28,165 bases of DNA from a virus (IMGVR_UViG_3300020045_003845:1-28165), one strand, 5' to 3'. Shown: positions 14,176 to 24,081, numbered from the stretch's first letter. Notes: a model not told the origin generated them from the letters alone. Numbers and translations: made by a program.

Positions 14176-15007
14176 AATAGTTGTTTTGATTTGCCTCAAT
14201 TGCTGCAATATTGCTTGTTTGGTCGGCTAGCCATGCCACCGACTCCAGATACGCTATGTTACCATTATATATTGCATCTTGCCCGCATCCATTACGAAAG
14301 TTAGACGCTGAATTATATTGCGTTCCTGCATATGACACGGTGCTTGAGTTTGTTCCATTCACACGTTGAAAGAAATTTGATGCGCCATAAATAGATGATT
14401 GTATGTTTTTAGATTGGGCGTATGGTGATGTTTGAAAATCTGCCCCAGCGGTATTTCTTCTAATGGTGTTTAATGTGGTTGCTAGTCTAGCTTGTTCATA
14501 TCTTCCAGTAAAATTAGCCCCACTCCCACTCCCGCACAATGTAAAAGACACTCCGCCTGAAGGTAATGCGTATTGATGGGTTACTTCAATAAGTGTTATG
14601 GGCAAACTTTGAAGCGTAGACACAGGGATGTTACCGTGTTGCGTTGTATTGGCCGCGGTTGTTCTAACAACTGGCAGGCCGCCTATCACATCTAAAACCC
14701 CTGCATTTACTATTCTAAACTGCAATGATGCGCTTGTTTGGGTTTGGTGATTTCCATTTCCGCTTTGGTCGTAACGAGTTGTAACAAATCCATTTCCCGA
14801 ACCAACAAATGAAAGTAAAATATCCGCGTCTAAAATATTATTTACAAAGCCGATATTCATTTCAGCGTTGTCGATACTTCGTCTTACTCGAATGCAACTA
14901 CCCGTGTATCCTAATCTCAATTTTCGTAGAGAATAAGCCCATAATGCATTTGGAAAGTTGTCCAAAAGAAGTGCGTTGCTTGGCACTAATGTAAATCTTC
15001 TGCTCAT
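14162..15007 (-). CDS. Receptor-binding/fibre protein with ConA-like (arabinofuranosidase-B-catalytic-like) domain
   Basis: AYSLRKLRLGYTGSCIRVRRSIDNAEMNIGF...GNGFVTTRYDQSGNG...IEANQNNYYG motif. Confidence 0.7.
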   Translation of the reverse strand: MSRRFTLVPSNALLLDNFPNALWAYSLRKLRLGYTGSCIRVRRSIDNAEMNIGFVNNILDADILLSFVGSGNGFVTTRYDQSGNGNHQTQTSASLQFRIVNAGVLDVIGGLPVVRTTAANTTQHGNIPVSTLQSLPITLIEVTHQYALPSGGVSFTLCGSGSGANFTGRYEQARLATTLNTIRRNTAGADFQTSPYAQSKNIQSSIYGASNFFQRVNGTNSSTVSYAGTQYNSASNFRNGCGQDAIYNGNIAYLESVAWLADQTSNIAAIEANQNNYYGVF

Positions 15008-15690
15008 GAATATGTTCCTATTGCTGTTGCATAACCAACAGCCGTTGTAATTGTTCTTTGCGCTCTTATTGTATCACCCGCAACCAAGGTCGTTGTTCCA
15101 ATAGCCGAATATGCTCCACCGTTTTTGCTCCATGTTATTGTACCACTACTTCCATCACTTGATGCGGATGTAAATACCCCAGCGGTAAAAGAATCAATAG
15201 TAAACAATGGAGTTAATGACTCTCCAGCAATAAATGGAAATCTAATTTGCGTGTCGCGCGGCTTGGTAAATGTTAATGTCAACCCCGCAACACTTGGCGC
15301 ATATGTGTTTCCGTCTTGGTCTTTTGTTAAAACATTAATCGTTTCATTGCTTTTTGGGGATTGAAAAGCAGCACCGTTTAATTGAACCGTTGCATCTGGG
15401 GCTATTCCATCTGCCACATCATCCGCCTGAACAATTACTGTATCAACCGTTACACCTAAAGTGTTTTTTACTGTTACAGTAGAATTTGGAACTGTGAAAT
15501 CTGCTGGGCCTTCAACTGTGTCAATTATACTTCCGTCTGTCCTTTTCACATTTACAGCCCCACCACCAACAAAAACATTTACAGCCGTTTCAATTTGCTC
15601 AACTGTAACATTTACCTCAACAACCGACTCGTCAACAGTTATGTTGACAGATTCTTCGATTGGCTCAATTACTATATTTACATCGCTCAT
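15004..15690 (-). CDS. Putative tail fibre/structural protein
   Basis: V/T/G-rich beta-type sequence located between baseplate and fibre genes. Confidence 0.6.
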   Translation of the reverse strand: MSDVNIVIEPIEESVNITVDESVVEVNVTVEQIETAVNVFVGGGAVNVKRTDGSIIDTVEGPADFTVPNSTVTVKNTLGVTVDTVIVQADDVADGIAPDATVQLNGAAFQSPKSNETINVLTKDQDGNTYAPSVAGLTLTFTKPRDTQIRFPFIAGESLTPLFTIDSFTAGVFTSASSDGSSGTITWSKNGGAYSAIGTTTLVAGDTIRAQRTITTAVGYATAIGTYS

Positions 15691-16028
15691 GTTGTTATTT
15701 CTGGCAATACGTTAAACTCCCCTTTGATGTATGTTTTTACAACACCGCTGCTTGTAAATTGAATGTCATACATATAAACACCAACGGCAAAATCCACGTT
15801 GAAAGAGTCGATTTTGAATCTTCCTTCCGCTGCATTTATTATTGTTATTCCTGTTCCAATTTGAATCGTTTTAACACTAACTAAGGAAGGGAACGGCTTG
15901 AACATTGCCTTAATAGAATATCCTGTTAAGTTAATGTAGTCATCACTTTCATCCTTTAAAGTAAATCTAATTTCGTCAAGCGTATCACCTTTTATGGTGT
16001 CTTGAATGTTGTATGTTCCTGCTATCAT
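15687..16028 (-). CDS. BppU-like baseplate/fibre adaptor
   Basis: KGDT...F...INLTGYSIKAM...YMYDIQF...KTYIKGEFNV pattern. Confidence 0.65.
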   Translation of the reverse strand: MIAGTYNIQDTIKGDTLDEIRFTLKDESDDYINLTGYSIKAMFKPFPSLVSVKTIQIGTGITIINAAEGRFKIDSFNVDFAVGVYMYDIQFTSSGVVKTYIKGEFNVLPEITT

Positions 16029-18277
16029 TATGTTAATGAGATATGGTTAAATCCGTCACATGAAATTACTTGCCATTGTGTTTCTGAAACTGCCGCAATT
16101 GTCAGCGATGCTATCTTTTGCAAAGTTAATAAACTTCCCGTTGTTCCGTCAAATAAGATTTGGTCTTCTGTTGAAATCTTAACCTCTTTCGTGTTATAAA
16201 CATTGCCTATTGTATATTTCAATCCTAAAACTATTTCAGGTAGCGTGTATATTGTTTCATCATCTGACTCGCCTGAGTTATTAAAAGCAAATCCGCTATC
16301 CGTTTGCAATAGTGTATAGTCTGTTAGTTTTTGAATAACAGCAAGCCTTTTTAGTTGGAAAACATCTGTATTCAATCCTGCTAAATCTGTTGCTGTTTTT
16401 TTTGTTATTATTTTAAGTTGTTCTAGCCCGTCTTCAATTCGAATTAATATGTTCCTGTAGGGGTTTACTGGTGCAGAAACAACATCATCACTCTGTCTAA
16501 TAAGTTCAACCCACGACCCTGTCCATATTCCACGATTTGCATCAAAAGACCCATTCATCATCATAAACTTTCTGCTTCTCCAAATAATAATATTCACAGA
16601 TTGGTAGTTTGGTAAAATAAAACTTCCTTGAATTATCAAACGCGGGAACCTTTGGAAAAATACCGCTGTTTGACAAAGTAACTGAGCAAATGGAATCCAT
16701 TCAGCTGCAAGCTCGTCTTCACCCCAACCTACGCTATGCTTCCAATCGCTACCGTTGTAAATTTGTTTTTTCCCTACAATAAAATCACGTGGCGAGTCTG
16801 CATATTTTAACTGTTCGTCATAAAACATACTAGCAGCATTGTATATTGTATTTGTTGCAACAAACCCCAAATCTTCTGTTGTTGAGTCTGCCCAAACTTC
16901 TGACAACTCGTGATAAATTGAAGTCCAGTCAACACCCGTTGAAAGTATTAGGTCGCTTACTGCTGTTGTTATTATAAAAGGCTGTCCACTTGGGTCGTGA
17001 ATAGGATTAGGTGGAATTGGTAAATATATTTCTTGCTCAATATAAACTAAATCCGCTGGACGGAAATCGCACCATATATTACTCCAATCTGCTGGGCTTG
17101 CTGCTATTGTTGCAAGCGAAATCCACGCCCTTGAACCGTAAGTCCAAGAGGATGATTTAATGTTTAGAACGTATCTGTAACCGTCTCTTTCAATCTCAAA
17201 ATATACTCTAGTTAATGCGCCAGAACCAGCAAGCAATGGCGTGAATCCAACCTTACATTTGATTGCATACGTTGCGTTTCCTAGTGTATCAACGCTTTGC
17301 GAAAGCGTCCATGGAGTGCCAACAATATTTTCATTAATGCCCCACCTAATTTTACTTTCTATTTTCACGGTTTCGGTAACTCCATACAATGAAGGTAGAG
17401 CCATGTTTACAATAACATTGTTGGTATTATTTTCGTCAACATAAATCTCTTGGCTATTTGGCTCATTAGTTATAATCGTTGCGCCAACGTTAGCCCCTAG
17501 TTTTGAATAATACTCGTAATCAATAGTGCCATCTGTTAACATTAATGCGTCCATTTGAACAATGCGCCAACAGCCAGCCTCGTATCTTATTGTGGCTCCA
17601 TAGGTCTGTAAAATATCTTCAATAGCCTTTAATGCTCGTTTTGGTCTGCCTGTTTTTTCATCTTCGATAAACGAATCTTTTCGCACGCGAGTTTCCGCTA
17701 AAGATGTTTTTATTTTTGCTTGACTTTCTTCATGCCAATTTACGGCTATGCCAATATACTTATCTTCGTCTGTATAAAATCGTTCAATCCCGCAAATTTG
17801 CAACCCTAAAATAATAGCATCCAATTCGCTTATCCATTCATCTTCTATATCCTCTATTGGATAATCAAAGTTTTCCAATCTATTCAAACCATCCCTTGCG
17901 TTCATTTCAAAAACAAACGAAACATTGTCATCATATTGTGATGTGTCAGTAAGTATCATTCCTGCAAACCACAAATCTGTTTCTCTATAAATTAAGCAGT
18001 AGTATTGGTCTTCTTTTCCTTGCGGCAAATCTGCAATTAATGCAAGTATTGGTGAGTCTTCGGACTTACCATTTAAAAGCATTTTTACGGTAACGTTTGA
18101 ACAATAAGAAGGTGTGAACATTAGCTTGTTATCAATGCCATCGTATTGCCTATCAAATCCATTACCTGCAGGCGTAAAAGGATAAGTCAACCCACCATAC
18201 GTTGTGTCGTATATGTCTATTTTCCAGTCTGTGCCGAAATTATCTGTAAACTCGCCTCTTGCGTATACTCCTGCCAT
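16028..18277 (-). CDS. Tail tip/hub structural protein
   Basis: 749 aa directly after the tape measure gene; C-terminal fibre-like module (YTL...D.G...TIYTLP...W). Confidence 0.65.
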   Translation of the reverse strand: MAGVYARGEFTDNFGTDWKIDIYDTTYGGLTYPFTPAGNGFDRQYDGIDNKLMFTPSYCSNVTVKMLLNGKSEDSPILALIADLPQGKEDQYYCLIYRETDLWFAGMILTDTSQYDDNVSFVFEMNARDGLNRLENFDYPIEDIEDEWISELDAIILGLQICGIERFYTDEDKYIGIAVNWHEESQAKIKTSLAETRVRKDSFIEDEKTGRPKRALKAIEDILQTYGATIRYEAGCWRIVQMDALMLTDGTIDYEYYSKLGANVGATIITNEPNSQEIYVDENNTNNVIVNMALPSLYGVTETVKIESKIRWGINENIVGTPWTLSQSVDTLGNATYAIKCKVGFTPLLAGSGALTRVYFEIERDGYRYVLNIKSSSWTYGSRAWISLATIAASPADWSNIWCDFRPADLVYIEQEIYLPIPPNPIHDPSGQPFIITTAVSDLILSTGVDWTSIYHELSEVWADSTTEDLGFVATNTIYNAASMFYDEQLKYADSPRDFIVGKKQIYNGSDWKHSVGWGEDELAAEWIPFAQLLCQTAVFFQRFPRLIIQGSFILPNYQSVNIIIWRSRKFMMMNGSFDANRGIWTGSWVELIRQSDDVVSAPVNPYRNILIRIEDGLEQLKIITKKTATDLAGLNTDVFQLKRLAVIQKLTDYTLLQTDSGFAFNNSGESDDETIYTLPEIVLGLKYTIGNVYNTKEVKISTEDQILFDGTTGSLLTLQKIASLTIAAVSETQWQVISCDGFNHISLT

Positions 18278-19947
18278 TATCTTCTTTTTGTACGACCTGC
18301 ACGGTCAACTGTTATTAATAAATCACCTCCGTATAATCGACTTTCCATTGAACCGTTTCCGAGTCCATTTCCTCCTATATAATTTGGTGTATAACTTGCT
18401 GGTGAAATCCCAGCGTTTCCAACTCCACTGGTTGGCGAAACTCCTTCGCTCGCGTTTTGAGATACAACACCAGCAGCAACTTTTAGCGCAATTCCCCCTC
18501 CAACTAAAGCCGCTCCAAGTGCAGGATTAGTAACAAATAAAGCGGTTCCCAATGCCATCAAACCATTTGCAACAACACTCATTAACTGTGCTAATTGTTG
18601 TTTCATATTTTTACCCCAATCGCCACCAGCCAACATTTGACCCACACCATATGCCAAGTCTCCCGCTGCGCCAATTGCAAGATTTTTCATACCATCTGCA
18701 AATGTTTTAAACGCTTCGTAATTATCGTTTAATATAGATTGAAACCGCGACACGCTTGGGGCTTCAACGAAAGAGTCGAAAGAAATTGGCTTTATTTTAT
18801 TCTTTACGTTATCCGAAAACTTTTTAAATATAGAAACCGTTTCATTTTCCATTGCAACCGTGTCAGGCGCTATTGAAGTCATGTTAACTTTAACTATATC
18901 GTTTTGGGTTTTCCCTTGTGATTTTATTGTTGCTATTTGCTTTTCTGCTGAAATAGTTTTTTCAAGCTCGGAAACAAGATTTTTTTGTTCGTTTACTTTT
19001 CGTTCGTAAATGCCTAAATTGTTTCTATTAGTAAGCCACTCAACCCCCATGTATTCAATGCTTTTTTCTCTTTCCGCATTTTGATTTCTTAACGCCTCTA
19101 ATGTTCTTTCATATGAAACCAATTTATCCTTTTCCAACTTTAATGTAACTTCATCAGTAGTTACACCTTGTTTTAATGCGGTAAGATTAAGCCCTAATTG
19201 AGCATTTCTTTTTTGCAGTTCTTCGACTTGTTTTGATATTGCTACGGTTGCTTTATTGCTAAAATTTGTAAATATTTTTTCATTTTCCGTTGTGTCGCTA
19301 ATAGATGCAGAATAAGCAACAAAAGCAGCGGTAGCAAGAACAACCGCCCCAACGATTAACGCCAATGGGTTTGCCATAATAGCCGCATTCATAGCAACTA
19401 TTTGAGGTATAACGCTAACTCTAATTACAGCAGACAAAGCCTTAAAACTATCCCCCATTTCACTTAGTGCGGCAAGCCCTTGCGTCAATGCTAATGCAGA
19501 CTGAACCTTTAATAACATTTGTGCGGTTTCTTCACTCTTTACACCCATTAATCCCATTGCGCCAGTTACAATACTAGCCGCTCCTGCTGCTGCCGTCATT
19601 GCTCTTGCAACGGCTGTAAACTTACTATCTGCACTAAATGCATCTATTACTAATTTGCTTTCGGCTACTTGGTCTTTTAGCTCACCAGCTTTTTGAAAGG
19701 CCAATGTAGCAGCTTGACTTGTTACGCCATACTTAGAAGCGAGTGTTAACGCCTCTTTTTGAGCAGCCCTAAATTGTTGTTGCAAAGACCCAAACCCTTT
19801 TGTTGCTGCGCGCGTTCCCTTTTCTACTTCATCATTTGCCTTGTTTGCATCATTCGCAAAACCTGTAACAGCACTTTTAATAGCCCCTGAAGCACTATTT
19901 AAATCTTTTTGTAATGCTGGTAAATCAATTCCTAAGTTTAAATTCAT
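18277..19947 (-). CDS. Tape measure protein
   Basis: Ala/Gly-rich helical protein with AMGLMGVKSEE...LLKVQSALALTQG and ANPL motifs; canonical position. Confidence 0.85.
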   Translation of the reverse strand: MNLNLGIDLPALQKDLNSASGAIKSAVTGFANDANKANDEVEKGTRAATKGFGSLQQQFRAAQKEALTLASKYGVTSQAATLAFQKAGELKDQVAESKLVIDAFSADSKFTAVARAMTAAAGAASIVTGAMGLMGVKSEETAQMLLKVQSALALTQGLAALSEMGDSFKALSAVIRVSVIPQIVAMNAAIMANPLALIVGAVVLATAAFVAYSASISDTTENEKIFTNFSNKATVAISKQVEELQKRNAQLGLNLTALKQGVTTDEVTLKLEKDKLVSYERTLEALRNQNAEREKSIEYMGVEWLTNRNNLGIYERKVNEQKNLVSELEKTISAEKQIATIKSQGKTQNDIVKVNMTSIAPDTVAMENETVSIFKKFSDNVKNKIKPISFDSFVEAPSVSRFQSILNDNYEAFKTFADGMKNLAIGAAGDLAYGVGQMLAGGDWGKNMKQQLAQLMSVVANGLMALGTALFVTNPALGAALVGGGIALKVAAGVVSQNASEGVSPTSGVGNAGISPASYTPNYIGGNGLGNGSMESRLYGGDLLITVDRAGRTKRR

Positions 19948-19948
19948 A

Positions 19949-20347
19949 TTACCTATTCATTAAAAGTCTATAATCTTGCTGAATCATACACGCCCCGTCA
20001 TTTGTGATTTGCTCATTCCAGTCATCGCGTTCATCGGAAAAGTAACATTGTTGCAAATCGCCAGTTGTTGCATAGTCTAAAGCTGCCCGTACCGCATCGG
20101 CTAAAATTCTAGTTGATGCGGGGTTATTACTGACAATGTTTATTTGGTAAAGTTTATCGTCTAATGTACTAACTCCGCTTTTGGTCGGGCTCGCAATGGT
20201 TGAAATATTTTCATAGGTAACAAATGGAATTTGATAGCTCTGATTGTCGATAAGAGGAAAGACGCGGCAATTATCACCCGTGCCAACAATGGAGTTTACC
20301 CCGCTGTTGTTTTTAAGTATGCTATAAATTGCTTGCCCTGCTGTCAT
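19949..20347 (-). CDS. Tail terminator/completion protein (DUF3168/gp17-like)
   Basis: AIYSIL...RVFP...PFVTY...QINI...LADAVRAALD. Confidence 0.8.
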   Translation of the reverse strand: MTAGQAIYSILKNNSGVNSIVGTGDNCRVFPLIDNQSYQIPFVTYENISTIASPTKSGVSTLDDKLYQINIVSNNPASTRILADAVRAALDYATTGDLQQCYFSDERDDWNEQITNDGACMIQQDYRLLMNR

Positions 20348-20841
20348 TTTTTTATCGTTCGTTTAAGTTTCTTTTCCATTAAATTAATAACGAGTTTTTC
20401 CGAAATAGAAAATGCTTCGTCTTTTTTAGCATCCCATGCTGGGCGCATCCACGGACGAGCGGGCATAATACCAGTGCTAACTATTTTCACCTTCCCGCCT
20501 TCGCTTATTGACCTCCTTGTTCTTTCAACTGTACCGTATTCGAATAAGTGGCCTAATTGACCGCCTCCAACACCTGCTAAAACAGATCTTCTGTAATCTG
20601 GTCCTAGGTAAACTTTATATCCTTTCTTGCCAGCAAAAACACGTATTGAATTTGCAAGAGTTTCTGATAATACAGAGGCGTTTTGTTTTAGTTGTATTAA
20701 AAGAGGGCTTGCGCCTTTTTGTAAAATATCAACCGCTTCTGTTTTTGTGATTAACGAATCTGCTTGCCCCAACGTACGCAAAAACGGAGCTATTTCGCTT
20801 TCCATTTGCTGCTTAATTTGTTGGGTGTTTTTACGTGGCAT
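20344..20841 (-). CDS. HK97 gp10-like tail-associated protein
   Basis: LANSI...GHLFEYGT...MPARPWMRPAWD. Confidence 0.85.
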   Translation of the reverse strand: MPRKNTQQIKQQMESEIAPFLRTLGQADSLITKTEAVDILQKGASPLLIQLKQNASVLSETLANSIRVFAGKKGYKVYLGPDYRRSVLAGVGGGQLGHLFEYGTVERTRRSISEGGKVKIVSTGIMPARPWMRPAWDAKKDEAFSISEKLVINLMEKKLKRTIKK

Positions 20842-21155
20842 TACAACTCTTTTAATTTTTTTATCTGCTCTTCGCTTAATTGGGTTGGCTGATTATCCTC
20901 TCCAATTTTCATAAAGTCTTTTTCGGTTTTCGCCTTAGTGCTGCCCATTGATTTTGCAATAGTAAACGCAACTAACCTACTTCTTTTCCAATCCTCGTTT
21001 TGCCTAAATCTTTCCAATGAAAGCCATCCATCAAGCCGCGAAATTATAAAATCAATATCCCCAAAAAACATTTCATCTTGGCATAAGCCCAGCATCCCGC
21101 AAACAATAAAGTATTGGGATATTATTCTGTTATTGCTGGGCTTTCCAAGTTTCCC
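20841..21155 (-). CDS. Tail assembly chaperone C-terminal extension (lambda gpT-like), reached by -1 frameshift
   Basis: The -1 frame is open from the slippery site GGGAAAC into ORF 21095-20841 (...EDWKRSRLVAF). Confidence 0.7.
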   Translation of the reverse strand, partial: GKLGKPSNNRIISQYFIVCGMLGLCQDEMFFGDIDFIISRLDGWLSLERFRQNEDWKRSRLVAFTIAKSMGSTKAKTEKDFMKIGEDNQPTQLSEEQIKKLKEL

Positions 21156-21430
21156 GATTTTGCAACATTATAAATTTTTGCAAATAATTCGGTGTATAGT
21201 TTCATAATCTCAGACAATACAAAATCGTTTTCAGAAAGTATTTTATAACACTCATCCTCTTTTAAACTTGTTGCATGTTTAATCATTGAGACGATTTTAA
21301 ACATTGACGGTATCGCTCCATTTGCAGCATCATTTAATAATTCTTGAATTGTAGTTTTTGTTTCGCGTTCGTACAAATCAATTGAACGTGCCGTTACCTT
21401 AAATTCGATTTCCTTTTCTCCTAACTTCAT
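21122..21430 (-). CDS. Tail assembly chaperone (lambda gpG-like)
   Basis: Follows the tail tube gene; ends shortly after the slippery heptamer. Confidence 0.75.
   Translation of the reverse strand: MKLGEKEIEFKVTARSIDLYERETKTTIQELLNDAANGAIPSMFKIVSMIKHATSLKEDECYKILSENDFVLSEIMKLYTELFAKIYNVAKSGNLESPAITE
21149..21155 (-). promoter_or_regulatory. Programmed -1 ribosomal frameshift site G GGA AAC
   Basis: XXXYYYZ heptamer in the correct phase (TCG GGA AAC). Confidence 0.75.
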
Positions 21431-21442
21431 GGTTATTTTGGT

Positions 21443-21841
21443 TTAAATTGTTGCCATTACTAAAGCGCCTGAGCCCGTAAATTCTACCGTTACAGTACTT
21501 GGTTGATTGGCTGGTGTTGCCACTGCAATGTTGTTTATTAAAACAGTTCCAGTAAATTTCTTTTGACCTGTTATTTCACTTGAAAGTTTCATTGTGATTT
21601 CAGTTCCCGCCTCCCACTTAGTGTACAAATCTTCTAAGTTGTAAGTTTCTGCGGGGTCGTTAAACAACTCGCCACTAAAAGAAAATGACCTAACGCCAGC
21701 CATTACTTGTTTCCAATTATTGCTGTCTTTATTTGTTACATCTAACATTTCACGTTCTAAAGCTAAGTCAGATGATGTAAGCAATGCGATTGGTGTTGAG
21801 CCATCGTATAACTTAATTAGTGTTCCGTTTAAAATTGCCAT
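21443..21841 (-). CDS. Major tail tube protein (TP901-1-like family)
   Basis: AILNGT...EMLDVTNKDSNNWKQVMAGVRSFSFSGE...FTGSGAL. Confidence 0.88.
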   Translation of the reverse strand: MAILNGTLIKLYDGSTPIALLTSSDLALEREMLDVTNKDSNNWKQVMAGVRSFSFSGELFNDPAETYNLEDLYTKWEAGTEITMKLSSEITGQKKFTGTVLINNIAVATPANQPSTVTVEFTGSGALVMATI

Positions 21842-21851
21842 ATTATTAGTT

Positions 21852-22679
21852 TTATATTGTTGCTGTTGTAATTTCGCCAGTACCTGTCATCTCACATGAG
21901 AATGTTTGAAGTTGGCCTTGATTTGTTGTACGCGATAGCGAATTTAAAAGCACATCGCCACTATAAGTAGTATTTCCCGTTGTTTGGTCGGTTATCAAAG
22001 CGGTAAACTTTGTTCCGTTTTCTACTGCTGTAAAAAGTTGATTATATCCTTGCCCTGTAACCTCATATGTAGATGGTGTTGAGCCTTCATTTACTTGCGC
22101 TCCAAACAATAACACCTCAACCGAAGCAGGCCCACTATTAACAGCGGTTAAAGTAATTTCGCTTCCTCCAGAGGTTGATGTAAATGTTACAAATAGCCTT
22201 TGCCATGCTCCCGTTCCTGTAAATGTTTCTGTTTCGGTCACATCGCCATCGCCAAATGTTACATCAAGTGTTGCATCCTTTATCCAAAATGATAGACTAT
22301 ATGAAGTAGCAGGCTTTGAATCATAGCCTAGTGATGCAGAAAACGCCCCGCCAAGTTCATTTATCTCTATTTTATTAGCTTTTATAAACCCATCTGGGGC
22401 CGCAAATAAATCTTCGCTCACAACCGCATCTGTCAATACCCAATATGGGTCTAAGAAGTTTTCAGAAACTGCAATCATATTCCTATCAAAAGGGTCTGCA
22501 ATTAAACCCTCACAACTCAACGAAAACGACTTGTTGCCCGCTTGATTTTCTTTCCATGCGTAAGTGTCCTTTGTTGTTTTATCCAACATTTCTGATTCAA
22601 ACGTAACAGCCATAGTAGTAAGTTTAGCCACTATGCTATTGTTGAGTAAAAGCCGAATTAAATTCCCGTTTTGTATCAT
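21852..22679 (-). CDS. Second tail tube paralog with an internal carbohydrate-binding/spike-fibre-like domain
   Basis: Residues 1-63 and about 209-275 align with the 132-aa tube protein; the insert has NMIAVSENF...W...APDG...FWIK...WQR...FGAQVNEGSTPSTY. Confidence 0.75.
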   Translation of the reverse strand: MIQNGNLIRLLLNNSIVAKLTTMAVTFESEMLDKTTKDTYAWKENQAGNKSFSLSCEGLIADPFDRNMIAVSENFLDPYWVLTDAVVSEDLFAAPDGFIKANKIEINELGGAFSASLGYDSKPATSYSLSFWIKDATLDVTFGDGDVTETETFTGTGAWQRLFVTFTSTSGGSEITLTAVNSGPASVEVLLFGAQVNEGSTPSTYEVTGQGYNQLFTAVENGTKFTALITDQTTGNTTYSGDVLLNSLSRTTNQGQLQTFSCEMTGTGEITTATI

Positions 22680-22999
22680 TGTATTAAACTTGCGCTTATA
22701 GTTCTGTAAATTTTCTTTTCATCTGTTAGCACACCGTGTACCATGTACTCTCTTTCCTCCCAAATTAACCTGCTTTTAGCGTTTATTGCCTCAGCCAATA
22801 CACTATATCTTACTATTATTTCAAGTCCGCTTGTGACTGTTATTTTGGTTCCAATTTCAGTTTCGTTTTGGTTTGCCTCACGCACTTGCGCCCAAATTGA
22901 AGTTGAACCCGAATAAGTAATTGTATTACTTCCATCCGTTCCACGACCAACAATGGGTTGCTGTATTGTTACCCTATGCCTTAGTTTTCCAATTATCAT
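22676..22999 (-). CDS. Head closure / head-tail adaptor (SPP1 gp16-like)
   Basis: GKLRHRVTIQ...IWAQV...IIVRY...RLIW..REY. Confidence 0.88.
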   Translation of the reverse strand: MIIGKLRHRVTIQQPIVGRGTDGSNTITYSGSTSIWAQVREANQNETEIGTKITVTSGLEIIVRYSVLAEAINAKSRLIWEEREYMVHGVLTDEKKIYRTISASLIQ

Positions 23000-23250
23000 G
23001 GGGCTAAAACTTCAATTACGGTTGCCGTTGTGTTTGTTGCGAACACCTTTTTTACCATAATAGGAATAATCTCACCCGCTTGAACACCGCTAATCAAAAC
23101 GCCATCACTTGGAGTATTTGAATTTGCTCTTGCAACTGGCAGTATTCTAATATTACCCGCTGATGCTCCATTTCTAATAAAACCATACTTTGATAAATAA
23201 GTAGTATCATTTGGAGTTACTACTAATGCGTCTTGTGCTATAATTGTCAT
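22996..23250 (-). CDS. Head spike base protein (RcGTA Rcc01079-like)
   Basis: VTPNDTTYL...AGNIRI...GVQAGEIIPIMVKKVFATNTTAT pattern. Confidence 0.65.
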   Translation of the reverse strand: MTIIAQDALVVTPNDTTYLSKYGFIRNGASAGNIRILPVARANSNTPSDGVLISGVQAGEIIPIMVKKVFATNTTATVIEVLAP

Positions 23251-23843
23251 GCTAAATTTTTTACTTGGATTCCGTTTAATAAATATTCGCTACCCATTGG
23301 CAGCTTTACCGCATTACCCATTACAACATCTTCGCGATGTTCGTATAAATGTCCTAATGTTAATGCAACCGCATCTATCGCAACGCTTGGAACGGCTGTT
23401 GCTGCCCCAAACCCAGCGACAAATATGATTTCTACCGCATCCATTCTAGTATAAGTAGTAATAGATTTAGTTATTATTATTGTGCAACATCCGTTTCGTG
23501 GAGCAAATGAATAATCACTTGCTGATAAGGTTTGTTGTACATTGTTTTCGTCATAATACTTTATAGAAGTAATTGAATCGACTGGATTTTTCCACAACTT
23601 TATATGCTGTGGCAAATAGTGTATATTACTTTTATAAGTTGCCGTAATGAATTGCAACCAGCTGAAATTTTGTGCTGCCCCAGTTGCTGCATTGATTAAG
23701 GAGAAAATTAAACTATCCTCAATATCATCATCAACCCTCAAATATGTTTTTGCGTCTGTTAAACTTATCGGAGTTTCAGCGGGTGGTGTTACCTGCGAAA
23801 AGTCTGTTAAATCATAAGGTGCAAGGCACAATTCAGTTATCAT
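23247..23843 (-). CDS. Head-tail connector (gp6 / phiE125 gp8-like)
   Basis: PPAETPISLTDAKTYLRVD...PVDSITSIKYYD...FVAGFG...GHLYEHRE. Confidence 0.88.
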   Translation of the reverse strand: MITELCLAPYDLTDFSQVTPPAETPISLTDAKTYLRVDDDIEDSLIFSLINAATGAAQNFSWLQFITATYKSNIHYLPQHIKLWKNPVDSITSIKYYDENNVQQTLSASDYSFAPRNGCCTIIITKSITTYTRMDAVEIIFVAGFGAATAVPSVAIDAVALTLGHLYEHREDVVMGNAVKLPMGSEYLLNGIQVKNLA

Positions 23844-24058
23844 TTTTTGTATGGTTTTTTCATTGTCTTTTCAGCTTTTGGTTTTTCTTCAACCGCTGTT
23901 TCTACAACTTCTTTTTTGGTTTCTTTTTTTACCTCAACTGCTTTTGCGTGTCCGCTACCAATAAAAGATATTGCGGTACTTTCCTCAATGTCATATTCAC
24001 GACCTTTGCGATACACAGTATCACTTCCAGCCATGTTTTGTAATATTATTACTTTCAT
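23840..24058 (-). CDS. Small post-capsid protein (gpFI-C-like head-associated module plus Lys/Glu-rich tail)
   Basis: MKVIIL...YRKGREYDIEESTAISFIGSGHA; directly after the capsid gene; ATG 24058 preferred. Confidence 0.7.
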   Translation of the reverse strand: MKVIILQNMAGSDTVYRKGREYDIEESTAISFIGSGHAKAVEVKKETKKEVVETAVEEKPKAEKTMKKPYKK

Positions 24059-24081
24059 ATTTTTATGGTTTATCAAAGTAA

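Noticed and set aside
14162-18277. Diversity-generating retroelement or invertible tail-fibre cassette
   Set aside because: No reverse transcriptase, invertase, TR/VR pair or inversion repeats were seen in the window
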